A stretch of DNA of 64,000 nt from Anolis carolinensis (Eukaryota): assembly GCF_035594765.1 (NCBI RefSeq), contig NC_085844.1, positions 194,448,107 through 194,512,106 on the forward strand, given 5' to 3'. The notes beneath the pieces are model-generated. The model was not told the origin of the DNA. It ran no database searches and saw nothing but the letters and a program-made list of their open reading frames with translations. Made by a program: the position numbers and the translations under genes. Below, piece by piece: positions 27,701 to 38,400 of the stretch (position 1 is its first letter; each line of letters opens with the position of its first letter).

Positions 27701-30011
27701 CCAAACAAAACACCATAGCATGCNNNNNNNNNNNNNNNNNNNNNNNNNNNNNNNNNNNNNNNNNNNNNNNNNNNNNNNNNNNNNNNNNNNNNNNNNNNNN
27801 NNNNNNNNNNNNNNNNNNNNNNNNNNNNNNNNNNNNNNNNNNNNNNNNNNNNNNNNNNNNNNNNNNNNTCCCCAGAGGGACTCGGGGCAGCTTACATACC
27901 AGTTGTATATGGAAATAATGGTAGTAACAAGAAATTCTTGACAGGAGTCACAGTTTGTCTGGTTTAGTTATGTTGGTTTGTGATGACAGCTACTGTACAG
28001 TATAGAATAAATGTTCATTTTTTTGTTCAACAATGAATATGAATTCTTTTTCATGGAAAAATAAGACATCCCCTGAAAATAAGACCTAGCGCATCTTTGG
28101 GAGTAAAAAATAATATAAGACACTGACTTATTTTCGGGGAAACACGGTAGTTTAGCAATGCACCAAGGTAATCACTGGTGTCTCTTCAAAGAGGCCTGGT
28201 GAATAATCAAAGAAATATATAGTGTAGATAGTTGTTCTAGGCCTTGGATCCTTTAATGTTTTACGTCTATTGAATATGCTTGAAGTGTAAAAGTCAAAAA
28301 ATGGATGGTTGGGATATAGTATCCCCAGAAAACAATCAGGACAAGAGCTATTCATTGACAATGGAAAATTCTCTTTTGTACTGCGATCTAATATTGTAGA
28401 TTCATGTGTCCGGTTTAAGTGGTAATCAAGGACTAAATGGGTTGTATGTTTTCCGGGCTGTATGGCCATGTTCCAGAAGTATTCTCTCCTGACATTTCGC
28501 CCACATCTATGGCAGGCATCCTCAGAGGTTGTGAGGTATACAACAAGCCTGTGATCCCTGCCATGAAAGCCTTTGACAACACAAGGACTAAATGGGCTGT
28601 ATCACAGCTTATCTTCAAATAAATGACCAGGTTCCAAAAACACATACATCATAGTGCCCAGATCAAAAGTAAAACATGTCATGTAAAGCATATTACCATT
28701 CTTAACTCAGATATTTGCAGAGAATTTCTGAGTTGCAGTGAATGGGGACCTATGAAGACATTAGACAGTATTTTTACCATCATTAGGGCTCTTTTACTGC
28801 TTTGTTTTCTTCCAAAAGATAGTTTTTCAAGCTGCTGATAGGTTGTATCATTTCCTCGTGTTGCACGTTATTTCTGTGTTGCCACTGATAACTAGATAAT
28901 TACCAGTATTTCTCCAATATTGCTCAGTTGAGATCATCACCAACCCCTGCCTTATTTGTGCTAGTATTCACATATTCCCTCAAGCTTTTCTGTAGAATTG
29001 ACAGGATCATACCATCATGGTCACCTTAAGAGTCCTTGTTAGCCTAACAAGGAAATCAACCTACTGGAGTTCTGGGCCACATACCTCTTATACTTGTTTT
29101 CCTTCAATGTTACCTTTGTCTGTGTTTTGCTTGCTCCTATTCCTCAGGTGCCGCTCCCTCCCGATAATCGCTGTTGTAACTGTCACACCTGTACTACACA
29201 CCGTCCCTCCTATCTGCCGCTGCAATCTGTTAGTCAAGGAGCTAAGGTCTTTACCCTTCTTGCAGTCACATGTCTCTAGTTATGAATGCTTTCTGTTACT
29301 CAAAAACTCGCCTTCAGACTATCTCATTCTTTTCCCCAAAGCTTTCCTGCTGGGTTTCCATTTGTTTTCTACATTTTAAGTTGGTTAATCAGATTTAGTC
29401 TTTCTTACATGACATTACATAAGAGTTAAAATCTCGCTTCAGTGACACATTTGCTGGATTTTGCTTTTTTCTATTAAATTAAATTTATCAGGAAAAGAGT
29501 TCTCTGACCTGAATAATAGGTCACACCAGATAAACCAGCTCTATTGCTCTGCTACTTTATGCTTCATTTATTTCCCTTTACTGAATGTTAGCAAACTGCA
29601 CCAAATTGCATCTTCAGTTTGTACTGATTTTTGCTTGTATACATTTTTATTTGCTCATATTCTGAAAGTTTCCATTACCTGGAACATTGGTTCATGTCTT
29701 TATGTTGACATTTTAGTGATTTACCTCTTCATCTGCACATCCTCTACTTAAGCATTTAAAAAAAAACAAAGAAGCTAAACATCTTGCTCCCAAAGCTGTT
29801 TTATCATTTTGAATAATACGCCCAGTTCTGCCTTCACATTTCCAGAGGAAGCAACTTGTCTGACCTGTTCTTTCCTTTCAATGTTTTTTAGTTGGAGCCC
29901 TCTGAAGTGGACCAAGACTCCCAGTCTCACGCCAGTGTGTCCTGGGTAGTGGAACCCAAGCAGGATTCCAAGAGGACCCTCAGCACTAAGTATGAGACTA
30001 CTATCTTCTGA
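15627..30011 (+). CDS. ANKS1A: ANKS1A (Odin), 5'-partial multi-exon CDS: join(15627..15725,17324..17473,17602..17709,20472..20630,23170..23295,24151..24222,24635..24721,25652..25789,[26398..26568],[29148..29246 cassette],29892..30011); SAM-SAM-PTB C-terminal half, about 442 aa
   Basis: Every exon has AG/GT boundaries and they join in frame. The translation matches my recall of mammalian ANKS1A, e.g. [57 protein letters not shown] and [24 protein letters not shown]. It lies tail-to-tail with TCP11, as in mammals. Confidence 0.96.
17324..17473 (+). CDS. ANKS1A: ANKS1A exon, SAM2 N-part ([50 protein letters not shown])
   Basis: gtctgcag| acceptor, aat|gtacgt donor, 150 nt; SAM motif WLxSLGLxxY. 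Confidence 0.96.
17602..17709 (+). CDS. ANKS1A: ANKS1A exon, SAM2 C-part ([36 protein letters not shown])
   Basis: ctcttcag| acceptor, agg|gtgagt donor, 108 nt; follows a 128-nt intron. Confidence 0.96.
20472..20630 (+). CDS. ANKS1A: ANKS1A linker exon ([53 protein letters not shown])
   Basis: attgcag| acceptor. The only open-frame donor is aag|gtatag at 20630/20631; the alternative GT at 20637 would include TAG. Confidence 0.88.
22900..23123 (+). mobile_element. L2-like 3' tail just upstream of the ANKS1A acceptor at 23170 (older L2 remnant near 22110-22570 on -)
   Basis: ggcattgaatgtttgcc...agtctcctcagggagatagggcggg plus (TAAA)n. Confidence 0.65.
23170..23295 (+). CDS. ANKS1A: ANKS1A exon leading into PTB ([42 protein letters not shown])
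   Basis: ttttcag| acceptor, aat|gtaagt donor, 126 nt. Confidence 0.96.
24151..24222 (+). CDS. ANKS1A: ANKS1A PTB exon ([24 protein letters not shown])
   Basis: cctgtcag| acceptor, agg|gtaagt donor, 72 nt; PTB YLGS motif. Confidence 0.97.
24635..24721 (+). CDS. ANKS1A: ANKS1A PTB exon ([29 protein letters not shown])
   Basis: Pyrimidine tract plus gaag| acceptor, aag|gtaaga donor, 87 nt. Confidence 0.95.
25652..25789 (+). CDS. ANKS1A: ANKS1A PTB exon ([46 protein letters not shown])
   Basis: tttggcag| acceptor, gtg|gtaaga donor, 138 nt. Confidence 0.97.
26398..26568 (+). CDS. ANKS1A: ANKS1A PTB C-terminal helix exon ([31 protein letters not shown]...[14 protein letters not shown])
   Basis: tttctcaag| acceptor, gca|gtatgt donor, 171 nt. 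Confidence 0.96.
26850..27020 (+). mobile_element. Old tRNA/CORE-type SINE fragment (related copies near 470-610 and 57290-57440 on -)
   Basis: atggtgtagtg head, tgaccttg...ctctcagcct core, aaaggcaaa...cctctgaat tail. Confidence 0.55.
27569..28147. mobile_element. pogo/Tigger-like non-autonomous DNA transposon spanning the assembly gap
   Basis: TA^ccctgtttccctgaaaataag ... cttattttcggggaaacacgg^TA; subterminal repeats aaaataagacatcccc / aagacctag. Confidence 0.85.
27724..27868. other. Assembly gap (145 N)
   Basis: Run of N. Confidence 1.
28442..28581 (-). mobile_element. Penelope-like pLTR fragment with an inverted terminal piece
   Basis: ggctgtatggccatgttccagaag...ggcatcctcagaggttgtgagg plus inverted ...gccatgaaagcctttgacaac; 15-bp TSD caaggactaaatggg at 28427-28441 and 28582-28596. 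Confidence 0.85.
28488..28528 (-). ncRNA. Minimal hammerhead ribozyme in Penelope pLTR (stem III variant GAAATGTC)
   Basis: Same fold as 37141-37181 with a single C>T change in the palindromic loop. Confidence 0.7.
29148..29246 (+). CDS. ANKS1A: ANKS1A probable cassette exon ([33 protein letters not shown])
   Basis: Strong pyrimidine tract ending tcctcag|, weak aag|gtcttt donor, 99 nt phase 0-0. Resembles a Cys/His-rich insert I recall from rodent Anks1a isoforms. Confidence 0.8.
29892..30011 (+). CDS. ANKS1A: ANKS1A terminal coding exon ([39 protein letters not shown]), with an internal alternative donor at 29989/29990
   Basis: ttttttag| acceptor; TGA at 30009-30011; internal AA|GTATGA donor. 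Confidence 0.92.
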   Translation: MEPSEVDQDSQSHASVSWVVEPKQDSKRTLSTKYETTIF

Positions 30012-33000
30012 AAACAAATCCTGCATCCATCCAGTCTAACCGTGCCTTTGCAGTCTGATCTGTCTCCTCTTCTAAACCTTCCCTTCCTCCCATTGCTGGC
30101 ACTAGGTGTGGCACCATCAGAGGCAGCAACACTAGGATACCATAAACTAAACATCTTTTTGTACCTGATTTTTACTGAACACTGTGAATTCTCCTAATGG
30201 AAAAAGGGTAACTAATTGAGAGAGCCACCTGTTTTAGATCGTCTAAGAGGTGGGAGAAACAAAGTCTATGAGAGTCGAATATGTGGATTTTGGAAACCAC
30301 CTGGTTTTCCTGGACGTTGTCTTCATTTTGACACTGTGAATTTGTGGGGTGCACCAACACTCCATGGGCCTTTTTTATTTAGCATTCTTATTCCTGGACT
30401 GTTCTACAACTTTGGTCTCACATGTACATTCTGTTGCAGTCTAGATTATACCTCCACCATGAGCCATGGCCACAAACTGTTCCAACAAGTAGCACTCTTT
30501 TACCTATAATCAGAAGACGCTAACCACTGTGATACTACTAGCAAACCTCTTGCTCACCACACCCTAGCATGGATCCCGCTCACAATCTTTGCTATCCCTG
30601 GATATCTGAATGCATGGTATAATATAAAAGTATTCTAGGCAATATGACTGACTACTTCTATTAAGCACTGTTTCTTTTTCTTAGGATTCAGGCTTGATAT
30701 AGATACAAGAATGTCCAACCATTGTTTTCAGCTGTCCGTTGTATTTCTTGCCATCTTTTCTTATTTACTACTTGGCTTTTTTATTCAGAATAACCAACTT
30801 GCTTGAAAAGGATTTTAAATGTTATTTTCTGGACTGATTAGATTGAACATTTTCAAAGGCACATGCTGCTAATCCTAAATTATGAGGAAAGACTGACACT
30901 AAGGGCCTCATATTGAATTAATCAAAAGTACAGAAAGAAATGGGGTGGGGAATTTTGCTGTATTCAAACACAGTTCCCTTATAAACGTAGCATAATTTTG
31001 TATTGAGCGCATTCCGTTAGAGCCTGCTCATACTGAACTATCAAAATACTTACTATTCATCTACCTCCAGACAGGCCAGTAGCCTTTTCTATTTGGCCCC
31101 ACATATATTTCAGATACAAACTTTACTCAGCTCCTGAAACAATGATTGTAACTTTGGAAGTTAAATTTTGCGTAATGACCAGTTTTAGAAGTCAAGATTA
31201 AGTGTGAAGTCTCGTTCTCGAAACAGTTACCTGTGATACTGTTACAGAGTTGAAACAAACATTTTACTGGACGAAGACCTGAGGAAAATTTCATGCCTGT
31301 TTGTTCTGAGATAAATGTTAGGGTCAGCTGTGAGACAATTGTGGATGATGAGTGAGGTAAAGCCTGATGTCTGCCCCTGTCCTTTTACTCGCTTTGAAGG
31401 GTGGGTTACACAGTTCCCCTCCTCTTTAAGTATAGTTATTCCAAGGATATCTTAGATCTTGTTTCATTAGATTCAGTTACTAGCAGCTAAATGTCTCAGC
31501 TTTTCTAGACTACTGCACAGTTCTGCTCACATTTGGGATTCCAGCAGAAACCTGATCATAAATAAATAAAATCCTGTTATGAGATTCCCTCCAGTGGTCT
31601 CCCCAGAAGCTTGTTACAAGTTGAACAAAATAGTTCTGTATTTGATACATATATACTCAGTAATTTATCTTCTCCAAGAATATTTTTGAAATGGAACCAT
31701 TATTGTAAATCAGAACTGTGGCCTCTTAACACAGAAATCAGGACTCTATAGACATACACTATGTTTAGCAAACAAGCATATACACGTTATTTCTTTCATT
31801 GTTCGTAATGAACTAGGCTGCTAACCTTCTTTACTGGATTATGAAAACTGGAGATACATTGCCACAGTTTGAGAGGCAGTTTGAAATATCTTCGTATTTT
31901 ATTTTTGTTCTCAAATTGGATGCCCCAACTTTCAAGGAACTTAGGAGCACATATTCTCTTCACCGGAATAGTTTTTAAACCTATAGGTATCTCTTTATCA
32001 GGCACCAAAACTCTTAATAACATCTGCAGGCAATGTCAGTGCTCAGTTCTTCTGAAAATGAGATAATGTAGCACATGTGCCTTTTAATGGTGTGCTTTCC
32101 AGCAAACATCACAGCAGTTGGTTATGAATAGCAGATTTCAGCCATATGGCTGACACATATATAAAGCCATAGGCCTATCAACATCTCCACTACTGTCATC
32201 ATAAAGGTCCCTCAGCTGTGTTATTTGAATGAAATCATTCAGTTCCTATTTTTCTTATAATTAATATTGTACCCCATTCTGTTTGCCTTCTGCCAAGCTG
32301 AACTACAGACATCCGCGTTGCACCATGGAAAATATAGTAAAGGGGCAGATCACTATGAAGCAGTGGGACCCTGATGGTGTGAAGATCAATACCGGGCTCT
32401 GGGATGTGTCCTTGGATGATCATTAAGGACTTCCAGAGTTGTGTGAAAAGGGATTCCAGCCACAAGTGTACAATAAAGTAAAAACAAAGAGTATACGTTT
32501 CTAGTAGAAGTGAAACATCTGAAGTTAAGAGACTTGATGCCATGTGCTATAGATTAAAGGGTTTTTTTTAAAAAAAAATACAGTGGTACTGTAAGATCCA
32601 CAATTTCAGCATGGCATTGATAATGGAGAGTCTTATCTGATAAAAGAAAATACAAGAATGTCTGCCTTATAATATAGGGTGAGTGGATGCCCCAATGTTA
32701 AACAATTCACTTCAACAAGTTCCCAAAATTGCTGCAATGTAAATGTATTTTGGAGGTACTGGCACCTAGTTTGAGAGCTGCAGTAAGCATTTAAGTGGAG
32801 GAAATTATTGAAATATTTAACCCTGAGTGATGGTTACTGAACAGAAACCTGATACAAATCTGTTTTCAGTGCAGATAATTGTATCATTGCAATATTTCTG
32901 TTGTGAAAGTAGCATTTTCTCCGCAAGTTGTATATATAGATAACTGAGCTGTAGCTCCTTGCATTTCATTCATACACCATTTTTTTAAAAAATGTGTTTG

Positions 33001-34552
33001 TGTCCTGATGGTTTGACATTTTTAAAGAAGTTTATTCACAAATAGCACTTTTATACTAGTTCATAATTTAAGTATGCTTAGTATAGCAATTTCAGAATAC
33101 AGAAAATGTGGAGGTATTTTGGGCATTATGTTATATCACTTGATTTCTTATTCTACTCCACTCAAGAATGATTGCTTCAAGTGGAAGCTGTGAGCATAAT
33201 TGTGCTTCATGTAAAGTATCACAGTCTAAAACACTGGTTATGCTTACGGCTGTGACGAGTGCATCTCTCTGTACCCGATCTATGGGAAAGATGAGGAAGT
33301 GCAAATAAGTCTGTGGCAGATATGATAGTTTGTGGTACCCTGCTACTGTGTTAATAGCTTGTTTCAACTTTTCTTACTGCTGTATCTTTAAGATGTTATT
33401 TAGTCTTATTCCAGTTCATGAAAATGTAGGGGCAGAAACCAAATTGGTTCCAAAAGGCTTGAATTTGCAAATGATTATTGGATCAATTTAAAAATATGAC
33501 ATTCCTTTATATGAATTTGTAACTGATATACTATTGTTAATAGAATTTTTGCTGCACTGGTAATTCTTTTCTGACAATGAAAAATGAAGTTTTGTTGTGA
33601 AGGAGGAATCTTGGAACATGGTGGAGATGTAGATGGTACAATCTTCCAACATGCTTCATGATCAGGTGCTTCCTACAAGTTTAGATAGACCTAGTAATAT
33701 TTTAACTTCATCATCTTCTTATGCATTCTTTTAAAAAATCAAAGTCTTTCTGGACCTGACCTTTCTTAGGAATTCTAGTTATTTACAGCTTCCAAACAGT
33801 TTGAAAATGTCAAGTGTTCAACTTCTTGCCTATTTACAGGATTTATAGCACACTAAAAAAGTGCCCGATATTCCTGGCATTAAACGTGTTTTAAAGTGTC
33901 CTCTGAAAATGCAATTCCTTTTTCTAGCACCAGCCTTTGATAAAGTAGCATCATATATCTATGCTACTTTTGCCACTGCTCCATTTTTTCCTCCTTATGA
34001 AAAAGAAACTTTATTTTCTGTAAGCTTCTATTTACCTTGTATGGCTGCAGAATAAGAACATACTGTAGATACTATGTTGGATAAAGGGTTGCTTATTTCT
34101 TGAATGGGAAATCACATTATTAAAATCAAAGTCATATAATCTCTGTATGTTTTACATACTATTGCTAACTCATAGAAACTGGCCTTTAGACTTCCTTAGA
34201 TTAAAAGGAAAGTCTTATTTGATTTCAAAGTGCATTACAATTCTGCCCTTCTCCCTTCTGGAAAATAAATTCTAGAGCAGCTTAAGTGGTGACCTCTGCT
34301 GCCCTTGTAGACAACATACTGATAGGTACCCTACCTTTTAAAATAATTTCTCTTATGAAACTAAAATGGTTTGGGTGATACTTCACTCTTACATTGTCTC
34401 CTTTTGCATGATCGGTATGAATGTCTATTAACAGGATTTTCTTCTATGCTTGCTCCGGAAATGAGCAGGTAGATTCTTGGTAACAGGCATTTTGGTTTAC
34501 AGTGTAGACACTTTTTGGCTAATTGTGATGTATGGCAGTGGGACTGATTTGT

Positions 34553-34558
34553 AATAAA
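34553..34558 (+). promoter_or_regulatory. ANKS1A: Candidate ANKS1A polyadenylation signal
   Basis: AATAAA followed by a U/GU-rich tract (tgttatttgatctgtctttgtatttt), at the end of a 4.5-kb stretch with no recognisable TE after the stop codon. Other AATAAA copies exist upstream. Confidence 0.45.
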
Positions 34559-35056
34559 AATGTTATTTGATCTGTCTTTGTATTTTGATACTTGAACTAT
34601 TTCCTTGTTATTTCCTGTATATAAAATTGTTTATCTGTCCATTTTTGTGGTACCAAACATAACCAATCTGTGCAACAACATAGACTGACCTCACTACGAC
34701 AAGGCGAGACTGTAAATATTCCTGGGCTTCCAGCAGTCGTTTTGTTGTTTGTTTTTCATAATTGTATGACTTAGAACAGACTAAATTAATAAAATTAGAC
34801 ATCTCTGTATGGGTTGCTGTGTTATGAGTATTAGTCTGTACTGTATATTATAGGAGGCTACAATTCTATGCATGCTTGCAAATATGTTTCATTAAAATCA
34901 GTCAAGTCTGCTTTCTAGGGTAATGCTTATAACATCAGGTTAGTCGTCGTATCATTCCCAGGTGAGAGAACACACATCAGCTGGTCTAAAAACACAGGAC
35001 AACATTTTGAGCTGTTCAAAGGTTTACTGCAGCAAACTTGGCATTGCCAGTTGGTA

Positions 35057-35062
35057 TTTATT
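35057..35062 (-). promoter_or_regulatory. TCP11: Candidate TCP11 polyadenylation signal
   Basis: TTTATT on + (AATAAA on -), about 170 nt after the stop codon. Confidence 0.55.
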
Positions 35063-35229
35063 TAACTGTACCCTGCAGCTTCTCTAGTCCAGCTGTACAA
35101 GTGCTTTGGATACAGAACAAGGCAGCTGCTCTGTTGATTACACTGGACTTGGAGCCAAAAGCACAGCCTGAGCAATTGCCAGTCTTCGCCCTCCTGCCAT
35201 CATGTGCTGTCCCTCATTTGAGATGGTTA

Positions 35230-35450
35230 TTAGGAAGCTGTCCCAGGCTTTCCCTCTGGAAGCAGCAGTTTCTTCAGGATTCCTGAATAGTATGGACCAA
35301 AAACCTGCCTGTTGTAATGAATCAAACTGCTGAACCGTTGGCCAACTTCCAGTAGTTCTTCCTGAATGGGAGCAAGTCCTTGGGGTAGAGTTGTAGAGTT
35401 TTTTCCACCATGACATAAACAGTGCTTAAGAAAGGTTTTGATCCGTTGTT
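35230..35450 (-). CDS. TCP11: TCP11 last coding exon ([17 protein letters not shown]...[29 protein letters not shown])
   Basis: cccacag| acceptor on -, TAA at 35232-35230. Confidence 0.94.
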
Positions 35451-38400
35451 CTGTGGGAATTAAGATAGCTTTGGAAACAAGCCTACGTCTGCAACTGTCC
35501 TTTCATTTTTTCACCCCCAGTTAGATAAACAGATAAATAGGATCATCAGCAGTGAAATGACAGGAAAAACATGTTTTAAGATCAGGTGGTTAATATTACC
35601 CCCCACAGGAAAAACCAGACAGACTTCAGCATATCCTCCCCTACAAGGTATCCACTCTGATTCTTAAAACCTGAAACCATGATACTGAGCTTCAACATGT
35701 CTTATGGGCAATTAACCTTTTCTTTAAAAAAAGCTCAGTACCAGAAAAGGAGTATCACACAATCCTCCAGAACAGGGTACCAAACTCACCCAATCAGCCT
35801 TACGGTTTCCCTAAAAAGTTGCCTGTAACCGGAGGGCTGTATAATGCAATGATGTTGCCCTGGCATTGAAAGCCTCGTGGGCCACATAAAATGATGTGGT
35901 GGGCTGAAGTCAGCCCATGGGCCTTGAGTTTGACACCTGTGCTCCAGAAGAATTGTAACTCCCAACAGTGAGAAGTACCGCAGGTTGCAATCCAATGTTA
36001 TCTGGAGATGTGTATGATTCCTATCCCTGCTTCATAACCTGGGTGGCATTTTTTTTTTACCACCAATGGTAACTTAGCTGGAGGCTGAAGGTAGATTTAT
36101 TATTTTACTTACATTTAGATGAGAATTGCACATGCCAGGCTATGTCTGCTGAATGCATATTCTGTCTTTTAATACTCTTTAAAATAAGTAATGATACTCA
36201 AAATGCCATTTCTGTTCTGATGAATATCATCATTCTTCTGCATATTTATAGTATCAATTGTGATTGTGTCCCTCTAAGGAAGGACCCTGTAGAGTAGCTC
36301 TCTACTCCAAATCAATCAACTGCAAATGATGCTTGTAATACATTCAATCAATATTTTTCTGCTCAAATAAGTTGTCTGCAGTGTCATTTTTCGTGCATGG
36401 ATACTTAAGCAGACAAAACTGGTATATTTCATGTATAATAGGCATCAGTTGGGTCAGGGGAACACTAGAGTTGAAGATTTTACAGAAAACTCCCAAAACA
36501 TTTATGAGGATTCATATGGAAAACTGTACATATGGAAATATTATCCTAGAAATAATTCTCTCCTGCAAATATTCTATTCTACTGTCTATTGAAGTACACA
36601 CAGAGGTGCATGTATATCAATACAAGAATAGACATAATGGTGTAGTTAGCTATGACTCGTAGTTTGGAGAGGCAATCTATGCTGAAATGGATCTACACTG
36701 GCTAATGAAACTCAAGTAAGAAATTACATTAAACTATGCAAACATAAATGACTCACCAATTAAAATCCGTACTGCATTGTCCTTATCTGCAAGGCTTCTG
36801 AGTTGGCCTTTCAGCAAAGTAGCCTTATCACCAGTAAGAACAGGGTACCCCAACTGGAGGAGTGTTTTGTTCACTTCCTGATGTATTTGGCCACTGATAT
36901 CCAATAAAGTGTCTTCTAACCTAAACCATTTATAAATGGGAGCACAGTCATGATTGTTAATTGAAACTCACATCAGGAAATACTCTAGAAGCATAAATAG
37001 TAAAGAAGAATCAACTGGATGTGCATATAAGGCTTGGAATAAGGGAATTGGCAATATGTTGTCGAAGGCTTTCATGGCCGGGATCACAGGGTTGTTGTAT
37101 GTCTTTCGGGCTGTGTGGCCATGTTCCAGAAGCATTCTCTCCTGACGTTTCGCCCACATCTATGGCAGGCATCCTCAGAGGTTGTGAGGTATGGAGAAAA
37201 CTAAGCAAAGAGGTTAATATATATCTGTGGAAAGTCTAGGGTGATAGAGGTCAGTATGAATGTTGTGTAGTTAATCACTTAAATTAGCATTGGCAATACT
37301 TTCTCCCTCATCTAAATCAGAAGCTGTATGCACAGTTTTAACTATTTCAGTTAATACATACTCCTATTCACCCTTCTACCTTACAACATACAATTTATGG
37401 TTGTCCCAGCTAAAATCATTACATTAATTATTATACCTGTTTTTGTCCCAATATTTGGACTAATGGTGGCTTTGAAATTATTTAAACCTGTAAACATCAT
37501 TAATCAATAATAGCACATAGCATGTCCAATTTAAAAACAGTTGAGCTAAGTATAGAGTAAAACAACACAAAATCCATTAAAATCTATATATATAAAAGAG
37601 TGATGGCATCACGGCGACCCACAAAACAACAAAACGACAGGCCCCCCAACCTCGACATTTGACAACACAACCCATCATCCACAGCTCTAGGTTGATACAA
37701 CAAAAAGAAAAGAAAAATAAAGTCCTAATTAGAGAGAGAGAAATAATTGCTTTTATCCAATTGCTGTCAGTTAGAAGGCTAAGCTCCTCCAACTTGGTCT
37801 CCTAGCAACCCAATAAAAAATAATAAAAAACACTAAAAAATAATTAAAAACACTAAAAAATTAATACAATAAAATACTATAATAGAAAATAACTAAAAAT
37901 AATACAAGAAAATAATAAAATATAATAAATAAAAAGATAACTTACAATAAAATTAATTAAAAAAATACAAATAACATCAAATAAAAATTACACAACAATT
38001 TTTAACCAATACCACCACCACTTTGCCACAGCAACGCGTGGCTGGGCACAGCTAGTGTATTATAAAGTGAATATGACCTCTTAAATGTCAAAATGTGTAT
38101 AGCTGCATTCCATAGGCAACATGAAATGAGGGTAATTAGAGAACATTCTGATCAGGAAAGGAAAATCACAGCAGCATTTGAATTGGCCTGTTATGAATCC
38201 AAGCCTCCAGCAAGATTGCAAAGTGCATCAGACTAAAGGAAAGATTGCCTGCCTTAGAAAATATTTATTTATTCCACCCTTAACAGAAAAGAAACATTGA
38301 AAGCCATTTCCAAAGGATACTTTATATATATAAAAATGTAATGTTCGTTTGTAGGACGGAGTAAACAACAAAATGACTGGGCCAAATCACACCAAATTTG

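Noticed and set aside
35138-35416. 92-aa ORF on - as a separate gene
   Set aside because: An off-frame reading of the last TCP11 exon
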